A stretch of DNA of 64,000 nt from Paramecium tetraurelia (Eukaryota): contig CT868674.1 in the NCBI GenBank assembly GCA_000165425.1, forward strand, positions 248,001 through 312,000. The letters are read 5' to 3'. A model generated the notes under the pieces. It worked only from the letters and a program-made list of their open reading frames with translations, did no database searches and was not told where the DNA came from. Below are positions 42,195 through 54,065 of the stretch, in pieces. The translations under genes were made by a program, and so were the position numbers. The number at the start of each line of letters is the position of its first letter. Position 1 is the first letter of the stretch.

Positions 42195-45100
42195 ATGAGA
42201 AAGAGATTTCATTTGAATAAATGGTACCATTCATTGTATTATTGCCTTTTGTTGATAAGTAAGAAAGAAAATAACGTGTTATAGTCTCTTGGTATAAGGT
42301 GTCCTACCTTTCAATTATAAATTGGATCTTCTATTGTATATTCACATATTACTTGGGATACAAATGTAAAATTATATAATATTTTTTACTAGTTTTTAGT
42401 GAGGAGATACTTAAATAGTTCAAGTTAATAATGAAATGCCACCTTATAATCTCATTGACAATAAGTGTATATTTTGTAATAGGATTGTTTCTTAGTTTAT
42501 TAAATAGTGAAATCCAATTGGTAATGATAGAAAGGTTGAATTTCAATAGTGAAATATACATATTCGGATATGAAAGTGTATTTGCTTTGATGCTATGTTA
42601 ATTACTATTGTATTTGGCAATGGTAGTATTTTTATTGTTTATCTATTGGAATGCTCAAATGCCATAATACGAGTACGTAGAACAGAATGAGAATTACACA
42701 TTCCAATAGAGAAAGACTAGTTATTTGAGGTAATAGAGCATTATGGATAAAATAATAATGCTAATAATAGTTTAATTGTGTTTGAATGATGGATTGATTA
42801 CTTTGTTCTTGGTTCTATGTATGTTGGTCTGGTTGGCAATTCACTTTCATATTTTGAATAAAAGAAGTCGATTTCGATATTGTCAAATAGTGATCAAGAG
42901 TATCATCGTATGTTCATTTGTGGCATTACTGATGTTGATTTTATCGGGATAATAGAACTATAGTTTCAGCACTTTAAATGGAACTCTGAACATTTATAGA
43001 ATATTCAGGATATTTGGAATTTTGATTATGACTACCATCTTAATATTGAGTATGAGAGCATACCACTATTAGATGATAATAGGAGATGAAGAGGAAATCG
43101 AAGATTTAGAAAAGGAAATCTAGAAGGATATGAGATTGAAGATTTCATCATTAGAAATACTTTTAGGAGAGAATTACTTCGGAGTTATTATGATATTGAG
43201 TGTTTTTTGGATATCAAAATAATTTAGCATATTGAGAGGATTAGTCTATTTAATTCTATTGGTTGGACAATTAAAGAGGAAACATTATAAAGCGACAAGA
43301 CGTTGGTAGTGTGCAATTGCTATATTGTACTTAGCATTTGTCTAGTTTTTCCTATTGAAATTGTTTAATATCGCCCTAATTTAAGGTAAGTGCGTACTTT
43401 CAGTATTTGGGAGTGTATGAGCAACCACAATTCAATCCAAACGAATTATTTGCAATTTGGAATTACTTCTATAATAGATTCAATATTATTATGATTGACT
43501 TATTCTACATTCTAATTGTCAGTTGGCTTGTGTATTCATAATAGACAATCGATGATAGAAGACGTTAAAAGAAGATCAATGATTTGGATAGTAAAGATCG
43601 TCCTAATAGAGAATAGAAACAAAGTTGTTGGAGTAACTTCAAATCTAATTTGTCGAGTTTCAGTTATCAAATTTAGAAGAGTTTCTTGATTCACTTTGAT
43701 GAAATAGTCATCATATATAGTTTGATTACTGCCTTAAGTCATGCAGACATATTTAGAGGAGTGTTTTTGATATTCTTTATACTTTATGCTTTTGCTTAAC
43801 TAGAAAAAAGAAGGAAGTTTATGAGAAATCATTTAAGCATTGGTTACATTATATTATTCATATTATACTCTATGCAATTGATGTTTTTGGGATCATTACA
43901 AACACTCAATTTTATATTTAAATTTGGTGGGTTAGATGAAGTTACTTAATAGTTCAAATTCTCTTTTTATTTTATCTACAAATACTATGATATAATTATT
44001 GGATGTGTCTTATTAACATTTTAAATTTAAGTAATCCAAAAAAGTGATCATTATTAAGAATATAAGAAGAAATTAAATGATTACAATCTCGATTATTTAA
44101 GGTAAATATTGCAAACTAATGGATTGATTTTCTGTTAAATCATCGCTTTGATTGTGGCCTTTATTCCACCTGCAAACTTATTATCACTAATATTCATCTT
44201 CTTTTTCTAACTGTTTCTCTATTTGTATTATATACATGGACAACTAAATATCATTATGGACAGATTATATCAATATTGGCCACTCATGATCACTCTAACA
44301 TTGATAATTCTGATTGTCAGATACACATACACAATTAAATTCTTTTACTATTTTGTGGAATTGTACTTTTAATAACCCACTCTTTTAAGTGACTTTGGAT
44401 TGGATCCAAATTTTAACACTCTCAAATTAGCAGGAACTGGAATTGCATTACTAGTCTTATGTGCATATAAGAGAGCCTATTTGGCACCATTAATAGAACA
44501 ATAGAAATAGCAGAAATAAATCTACAAAAAAGGCACCCTTGCATATTACATTTATTGCATTCATATCAAACTCTGTGTGTACAGTGTTTATCACATACAA
44601 AAAGTGACTTTCATGTTTTCATTCTTTATTTCTGTGTACTAGTAAAGTTACATAGGTTTCTTATTTGGCATTATGATTTTCTTAATCATGCTCAATGAAA
44701 TGAATAACAATTGGTAAAACACATCCATACCATTTTTGGTTATTATATTTGTTCAGATTCTCATTTAATATATATTCCAAGCAGAACTACTAAGAAATGC
44801 TTAGGGTTAGGAAACTATCTCCTGGATTGGAATTGAGAACTAATATCAGAACAAATATTGGTATTTATTGATTATGTTTCACCTATCAGAAATGCTTTAG
44901 GTTCTGAATGTAATGTTTAAATAATAAGTAAATGATTATCTTTAATTATTCCTTATATCTACAGACAGAGAAATCAGTAACCTTAATTTACTTTAACAAT
45001 TGTTACATTCATTACAAGAAAATATCATATAAGAGTAGAATAGTGTTGAATCAGATGCCTCATAATAATAACAAATAGAATTGCAAGCACGAGATGAAAA

Positions 45101-48100
45101 TTCACAGGAATCTATTTTTTATGATGAATTGGATGAGTAAAATGAAAGATTTGCGAAGATTCAAAGTTACTACATTCTTAAGTCAAGTATGCAATAGGAA
45201 TAGTTTTATTATAGAGTCTATCCCTTTTATAGAGCTCTTAAATTCCATTAATCAGTTGATAATCTCTTTACTTAAATTGGATTGGAAGTATGTTTATTTT
45301 TTATTGTTATTACTGCATATTATCAAAGGAATTTCTTTTCTGTTTTCTACATTGTGGTTGCTAGTGCATTTGCCAATAAATCACATTTATTAGATAGACA
45401 TTAGAAATTAGGCATATTTGGATAAGCATGGGGAGCATTGTGTATATTATAGATGTTGGAAGTCATAAGAAAATATGCTACATTGTAATGGACTCCTCCA
45501 TCATGGGATGTTCGAAAACCATGGTGGTATTTTAGTTACTCTTGTGATCCTAGAGGAAAGGAGTCATTTAATAATGATGACCCTGATGATTCTACAAGTG
45601 ATTTCATGAAATGCCAAACAGATTGGAATTATTGGCTGTCTTTATAAGGATATACTAATTGGGATTTGTGGATCAACTTCATTGCCTTACTCATCTCCTT
45701 GTGTTATTATCGACATTTCAAGACTGTTTAAAGAAGACAATAAGAATAGGAGATTCAAGATCACTTACATCCTGAGGTAGAATAGATTTAAGCTAATGTG
45801 ATGGATAAAAATGATTTCACTTATGAAGAAAACAGAACTAAAATTACAGATTTCATAAAGTTTTTCATCTTTTGTTATTTCTATAAATTCGCTTTGATTA
45901 TATTTTTATTGATAGGAATGTCATCGGATATCCAATCTTATACAGAAGTGATCTCTTGTATCTATTTCTTTTTGGCAATCAATCTATTGTATATGAGTGA
46001 GAAATTAGAGAAGGACAGAAATATAATTTGGGGTAAGTTGATATTATTTAATACAATTGTAATGATAGCAATGTCATTGTATTAAGCCCCTTTTATCAAA
46101 TGTCCAATCATCTATGAAAATGATAGGTATTATTATGATAATGTGGAATGTGTGCAGATTCAACTCAACAATCATTATTACAATAGTGATTTCTTTATCT
46201 TCTTATAAGATGAGTTCCAATTATTGGCAAAACAAACTAATGATGTATTTAAGAAGTATGAAGGGGTGTCCACTTTAGATGTGATTTACATGTTCTTATC
46301 TCATCTCTTAGGTTTGAATAAAACTTTAGAGTATTAAATTTATTGTTAACATTAGTTTCCGATTTGGTTTCTGTAAGGAGACTTTGATGGCTTTCTTCTT
46401 TTTGCTTGGTCTACTACAAAGGAATATTTGGGCACATCCTTATATGAAATAATATGTTGATCCATATTTGTAGAGACAATAATAGAAATAGAAGATAAGT
46501 GCAATTATAATTGGTGGAGGGAATTCATTTAAAAAGAATTTGGGATTTCAAGTACGTGTAAGCATAAAAATAAGTGCATGAGAGTCTACAATAGAGAGTG
46601 TAAAACAGAGTTGAAAAATGGGATAATTTCTTTTAGTTTGATGATAATAAAAGTTTGAAAAAGAAGAGTTTCTTTTATTTAACTCCGAGGAGAGAAGAAT
46701 AATTTTAGATCATCTAATTTACTGAAGAACGATCAGAGGACAATTAATAACATACAAGTTTTGATTCTGAAAAGTTCTAAGGATTCAAAGGGGAACCAAA
46801 GAAATTGATCAAGGCTGAAAGAATTACACAATAAAATAAAGCTCCAGTAATACATTTGTATGATGCCTGTTGTATTGTTAAAAATTCTATTAATAAAAAA
46901 GATTTGAGATTGAGATTAAAGAAATTGATGTTATTGGAAGAAAAACGATAATTGGAGAAGGTCTATTTGAATGATAGAATAGGTTTAACAAATTATCACG
47001 TTGGAGTAATTGATGAAATTGATAGAAAAATTATACAAGTTGACAATGAAATAGCTTAGTTATTTAAGGTGTAACAATTAAGAAAATCTATATCCATGAG
47101 AGACATTAAAATGATACCATTTGAAGAGTACAAAGAGGATCGCAAGTCTTTTGAAATGCTTAGTGAAAGAGATGAAAGACTATAATAAATATCCGAAGAG
47201 GAAAGTGCTAAAGATTTTAAGAAACCTGAAGAAGAGTAATCGGATGATGAAAATTCAATTGTATAACCATAGAAGTCATTCTCAGAAAAATTGAAAGATC
47301 TAATCATCTACATACTCACTCATGACACTTACATTCGAGAATAAGAGTAATAATAAAATGAAATAGACAAAAAGAAATTGTCAGTTCTAATATTTGTTTT
47401 TGTTGCACATTACTTTTAAGTAGTTTGCGTATTATTGATGGTTGTTAATGCCTGTTTCAATGCTAATATAATCGCATTATTCTATCCATTTTCAGCCTTC
47501 CTTTATGGCTTATTAGAGAATCCCGTTCCCTCCAGAAGGTACTGGAACTTCCTACTAATCTATACGATAATAATAATTTCATTGAAATTCATATACTAAA
47601 TGCCCATCTTCTGTGATTCACCACCATATAGATTTATAGGCTTTTCTTAAGAAGAAGCATGTGAACCTAGAGTAACTACTTAATAGGAGAAAATCACAAG
47701 AATAGACTATGTTATTGGTATTCGAAAATATTAAGGAGCTGAAACATTCATGAATGCCATTTGGATTGAATTACTATTGTTTATTGCTTTTTTGATCTAG
47801 AGGTATTTGTTGCAATCTTAGGGAATTTGGGATTACATGAAATTGTCATTAGATCAATATTTCATACCTTAATTCTAATAGCAAGTAGAAGATTAATTAA
47901 GTGAACATAAATAGGAATCTAGCTCTAAGGAATCTGAACAAGAAAGTGACGATTTCTCAGAAAATCATTAGGTTTAAGAACAATAGAAAGAACAATAGAC
48001 AGTAATGATATCAATCTAAGATACCTGTACATCAGTGTGGCAGTAAATAGTCAAGTACTATTATCGTTTATTCCCTCATGCTTTATCGACTATCTACATT

Positions 48101-50001
48101 CAAAGGAAATATGATCCGGCAACTAAATAGATGATAATAAAAGATGGAGTAGTTTTGCCAGAATAGATTAAAGTGGGTAGAGATTTCTATGCACCAGGAT
48201 TTATTATTTGTTTAATTATTTTAGTGTACTTCCTATTGTTCTACCCAAATATCATAGCCAAACGAAGTTATGCTCACATTACTTAAGGGTAAAGTCAAAG
48301 ATTTTCATCTGAAGTCATATTTGTACTGTTAGTTGTCATTGCTATCATAATTACTGATAGAGCACTATTTATTATGAGGAAAGTAACTAAGGATCCAAGA
48401 AATGATAAGTAAAATTAGAGTGGAAATGATATTCAGAAATACACTTTGATGATTAAAGTAGCCATTCATTTCATTTTAATAATTGTTGTTCATTATTACT
48501 TCTTTTTTGTTATACCTTAAAAGACTAATAAAAGTATGATTAATTTAATATATTTTAGGGTTCTAAGAATCATACTATCTAATATTTGCATATATTCTAG
48601 TTTGTATATATTTTATGATTTCATCTGTGTAAATAAGATATGGATATCCTATATAGAAGTATACTTAGATATTTACTAATTCCCATAAACCAGCCAATTC
48701 AATGGCATTTAAGATTTATAGAATGATTCCCTTTTTATATGAATTGAGAGTTATTATTGATTGGACATTTACTACTACAGCTTTGGATCTAATTTAATGG
48801 TTTAGACTTGAGGATATCTTTGCTAATCTATACATCTGTTAAGCATATTAGGATTCTCGTATTGAAAATCATAAGTTGGGAGATCCAAGATCATCATCTG
48901 ATAAATGTTTAAATGGATGTCTCTATTCTATGTTCATTGTTTTTATTATCATCTTGCCAATTCTGATTTTTAGTACTTTAAATCCAGCTGTAGAAATCAA
49001 TAATATCACAAATGGTAAATTTAGTATTAAGGCTGCTTTCTTTGGTTCAGATGATAAGTTATTCTTTACATTATTTTAAGTAAATGATTTAGAGTTATTG
49101 GATATACCGAATGAACAATTTAAGAAAATATAAAAGATTTATGGCGAAATTGAAACATCATGGTAAGAGAGAATGTAAAAGGTTAGAATCAAGAGATTCA
49201 GTGATCTTGAATGGAATCTTCCAGAAAATTATAGAGATCAAATTAGAAATATGATAAAATCGTAATAATATTAAGTAGAAATCCAATGTGAGTGGGTATT
49301 CCAGAAGAGTGATAGTTAAGGAGGGGCAAAATCATTCACAGGACAGTCAATCGTATAAGCACCTGACACTTTTGTTAATAATTTTGGTAAGATCTTAGCT
49401 CCAAGAGCACCAGATGCAGTATTTGATATAAGGGAATTAGTTCCTAAATTCTTATATGTTGGAGAGTCTGCTGAGACTCAAGCATTACGATTGGAACCAG
49501 TTAATATAAGAGAAGAAATCAGTTATTATTAAGATATTCGTTTGATCCACAAAAAGACAAGTGATTTTGTATTCTTTGAATTGGTGCCCAATGATGATTC
49601 AACTGATTTGAAGTAGATTGGAGGTATATTTTGATTAATATGTTCTAGCATCATCATAAAATAGAGTTGAATTCTTTGTATTGAATGAATTAGCATTTGG
49701 TAGTTTGATTGGAGCATTGTCCACAAATATGTCAATAATAAGTATATATGCAACATTTGTGTTGACAATCGGTAGGTTTTTGAGATTTGCATATGACAAA
49801 ATAAGTACTAGAGTGATGTTTGAGGAGATGCCAGAAACATATGAATTATTTGATTTGTGTTAAAGCATTTACATAGCAAGAGTGGATGGAGATTTCATTA
49901 AGGAGGAAATATTTTATGAATTGCTGATTAGGATATATAGAAGTCCGGAGATACTATTTAAAATGACAGGTGCTTCAATTTACGATAGATAAAAGAAATG
50001 A
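42195..50001 (+). CDS. PIEZO: Piezo mechanosensitive channel with two apparent +1 frameshifts (~43373, ~46506)
   Basis: Many TM blocks; LLQRNIW, YPFSAFLYGLLENP..YW, GRDFY, QIRYGYP, IPFLYELR.IIDW..T.T.LDL.QW.RLEDI, IYATFVLTIGRFLR, IYIAR.....EE..Y..LI.IYRSPE. Confidence 0.93.
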
Positions 50002-50036
50002 TTCTAATTAATATATATATTATTTGATAATTAAAT

Positions 50037-52284
50037 ATGAGTTCTGGAAGTGAGAAGTTGGATTAGGTGCATCAACATCACTTGATGGCACCTTTGAAAC
50101 CTTTCTTTCCTAATCAGAATTTGGAAGATAAGAGGATCAGAACTGCAGCCAGAGAATTTCATGATTTTCTCAAGGAAGCAATAGATGAAGAACATTAACA
50201 CCTATTGAATGCAGATCAATCTATAATAAATGATGAGATAGTCAAGATGGCATTACCAGAAACTAAAGCTGAAATCAAAGAATTAATTTATGAATTAAAA
50301 CGAATCCAAAATGAAGAAGAATAGCTGTTATTGCATTTTATAGGATAAGCCAAACAACTAGATAATAATGATAAAACGACTCCAAAAAGATTAAAGGATT
50401 ATTTTGAAGGATTCTATTATGAAGTTATGATTAGAAGTAGTGACAAAAAGAAATTGTATGAAAAAGTCTTGTTGCGAGAAGAATAATTGTAAATATCACT
50501 TAAATATCAAGACAGAAGCATTTATCCTAATTGGAAATTAATTTGAATAAAATTGAAAAGAATTATGAATCTATCAAAAAGTGGCATGAAATTAGATCCC
50601 TAAGACAGACTGGGTATGATATTTCATCTATTTTAATAGGAGATTTAAAAACAGTACAACTAAAATATAGAAAATACAAATTCCAAATAATGTTTCAGTC
50701 TAAGCTTTGAGTTAGGATTTCCTCACAAAAAACGTAAATATACAACAATAAGAATAATCGGTATTGCATGAAGATGTCATGACCAAACCAAATGCAATCA
50801 CTTCAGGATACAATCTGGAGTATAAACCTATTCAATATAAGGAAATATAGTCAGATTTGAAAGAAATTGAAATCGATGAAACAAGTGTCTATGATTGGAT
50901 TGTCGATATTGATTTAATCACTACTATTGCTAAAAATGGATGGAAAGTATATTTATCAAAGAAGTTTGCAGATGCACAAGTCAAATAAGAGTCTGAAATA
51001 CCTAATTATGGATTTACTAAATAATAACACAAAGCCTAATGGGAAGGTGCCGCTGTTGCAGTTGTTGGTTTATATGATAAAGGAAAAACCTTCGTACTCA
51101 ATAATCTTACATCTTCAAATTTACCTTCAGGGAAGAAGGTAACTACAAAAGGAGTCTCATTTAAGCATGTGAATGTTGATTCAGGTACATAATTGATACT
51201 TGTTGATACTGCAGGTAGTTATTCGCCTGTTAAAATTACAAATGAATTGAGTATTGTTGAAAAAGAAGCCACAGAGATGTTTATTACTGACTTAGTTTTT
51301 GAGATTTCAGATTATTTCATTTGTGTAGTCAATGATTTCACAAGTCTTGATTAAAGATATTTGGATAGATTGAGTAGAAATTTATAGAACTCTCCAAATA
51401 AAACATTCAGAGAAATTATTGTTATACACAATCTTAAAGAAGTAGAATCACCTGAGATCTTAGAACATGTTTGGAGTACTCAAGTTACTCAAATCTATTA
51501 GAATGGATCAATCTAAAGGACTAAGGTTGCATCAATTAATCCTATCAATCATCAATTGTAAGAAAAACATGTCTTATGGTTCAAAACTGAATTTACTAGA
51601 CATGTTTGTTTAGTTAATGATGACTCATATCTAGGAATGTCAATTAACCCTTGGGTTTTTTCATTGTTGAGATATTGGTTAAAGGCAGTATTTGTTCCAG
51701 TTAATAGATAATTCTCAGTTGTAGATAGCATCATTCAATTTAGTAAGGTATGTATTTATTCACCAATTCATTTAGACTAAATTATCATCTTATTTCAGAA
51801 CCATACTTACACTTCAGATTTAAGATACTGATGACTTCTTAGTTAAGACTATTGTTACTTAATAAGAAGTGTAGGATAGCAATGTCAGAATACCTTAAGT
51901 CTCTATTGATTCTAGTGGTTTGATAATGACCAGACCTGACAGTTTCTTGCCTAACACTGACATTATTGCTACTGATTAGTACATTATTTACATGGATGTG
52001 CCTGGATTAACCAAAAATGAAATCCTTGTGTATCGTTAAAATGTTGTAACAATTATTAAAGGAATACGTAAGAGACCTTATGATGTAATTCAATTTCTTT
52101 AAATTTTAAGTCTGAGAAACTAGAACGTAGTGAACGTAAGTATGGTGAGTTTGCTTTGTCATTCAAAATTCCAGAGATCTATGAAAGGAAATGGAGCACT
52201 TTTACGGTTGAAAATGGAGTGCTGACAATTGTTTATGAAAAAGATAAAGATGATTAAATTGTCAGATAAAAGAAACAAGAGTGA
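50037..52284 (+). CDS. P-loop GTPase fused to a C-terminal Hsp20/alpha-crystallin domain
   Basis: G1 GLYDKGKT, G2 TTKG, G3 DTAG, G4-like VIHNLKE; C-terminal P.TDI....YIIYMDVPGL..IIKG.RK...ERKYGEF..SFKIP......VENGVLTI; four introns. Confidence 0.85.
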
Positions 52285-52323
52285 TTTGATATATTATATT
52301 AATATATATATATGATATTTGTG

Positions 52324-53446
52324 TCACATTAATTAATTAGGTAAATTTGAATAAACCATCATGTTCTCATTATTAAAATCAACGAATTGATTCTAAGATA
52401 AAAGAATAATAATACATTTGAAAAATTGAAGTTTGGTAATTCAGGCATAAAATTAGGTTTTATTACCGATTTTAATGGTTATTACACCTTTTTAATACCA
52501 AAATTGAATGATTTCTTTCCTTTACTTAATCCGAACATTTTGTATTCATCATAAATTTTGATCAATAATTGTTCTACTAATTGACAGGCCTAAATTAATA
52601 GTAATTAATTGTACTCTAAGAAAGAGATGATTATGTTTAGAGGACACACATAAATGTAAAGGTTCTTGGGATTCTCTTTTTTCAGGTCCTTCCTTATATC
52701 CTGATCCTCTTCCTCTTAATCTTAACTTAACCAAATCTTATTCTTTTGTATCACAATCAAAAAGACATTAATCAATTATCTTTTTCATGTTACATCCTTT
52801 GGCCCCTCAAATAAATTAATTTAATACCTATGATCTTACGAGCTACTTGGAAATCTTTGTCATTGTCTATTTGTACATCATATCTACAAGTAAACTTCTA
52901 TTGATTTGAATCTTGAATTTCCATAATTTCTAAAAGATCTTATTGACTAGTGAATTCTATTTTTATAGTGACATCTAATTCTTTGATTTAATGTTTGTTT
53001 AATAGTTTATAAACAATGAAAGCATCAAAAACTGAATTGAATTTAATTATGATTGGCGCCATTGACCTTTGTATAGACTTATTTGACCTCTCCAAAATTT
53101 TCACAAACCTAAGTTTTTAATATAAAATTCTCGTTACTTATTTAATATCATCTTAATCAAGTTCAATTTCATAATTATCCTCACTTGATAATTCGACAGT
53201 TAAATATTAATGGGGATATTGTCTGCTCTTTGTTTAGGATTATAAATATTTACTTTCTGTTTCAACATAGCACTTATTCTCTATTTCACTTTCTGATCAT
53301 GAATAATCAGATTGATTTACTCTCTATTAGTGGGTGAAGCATTGACTAAACTGTCATCACTTTATTCTAACTATAAAGTAAATAAGAAATCATACAAGGA
53401 AATTGGTCATGTCCTCAATTTGCTATGAGATCTCTTGAAAGCTCAT
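52324..53446 (-). CDS. KH-domain RNA-binding protein (KHDC4/BBP-type KH)
   Basis: FQVARKIIGAKGCNMKKII...VKLRLRGRGSGYKEG...ESQEPLHLCVS; several introns. Confidence 0.85.
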
Positions 53447-53484
53447 TAATTATTCTGTTAAAATAATATATTTTGTATTATTAT

Positions 53485-54028
53485 TCATATGATATCTTCA
53501 CTTTATAATTGTTTTTCAAATGGGATCTTTGTGTATTTAGGAACAGAAAGACGTCTACAAATTCTCTGCTGATAAGAATATTAAGGTGTTTTGGCACCAG
53601 AACGAGGTCTATTAAGTAGTAAGCATCACTACCTTGCCCTCTCAGGAGTTCTCAAGCCTTATTTAAATGAGACTAACCAGTGTCTATCTGCACAAGTATT
53701 CATCAATCCACCATGACTATCTCTATTCACATTTAGAATTAATACTATTTACAAAATATAATTATCTCTTCCACTCCCATTGCTAATATAATGCAGAGTC
53801 TTATTGCTAGATTGAGGTCGATATATTTTCGTTGATTTCTTAGGCTAAAAACTTCCAATGGGAGGTTGATGACATCTTTAAGCATGTAATGTCAACCCAC
53901 CGTTATCAAATTAGACATATGTATCACGCCCTGATTTTCAATAAATCTTCTGTCATACCTGTTCCATCAGAATAATAAAAATTGGCCTTAGCATATTGAG
54001 CTTCCGTTTTGATGTTCCCAGACTTCAT
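53485..54028 (-). CDS. Small protein with two Y.S.G[TS]GRD.Y....GG repeats
   Basis: YYSDGTGRDTYVQFDNGG and HYISNGSGRDNYILDSHGG; ends RLSVPK...SEDII-TGA; two introns. Confidence 0.78.
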
Positions 54029-54065
54029 CAATTTAATCAAGTAAATTACTATTATAAAAAATATA

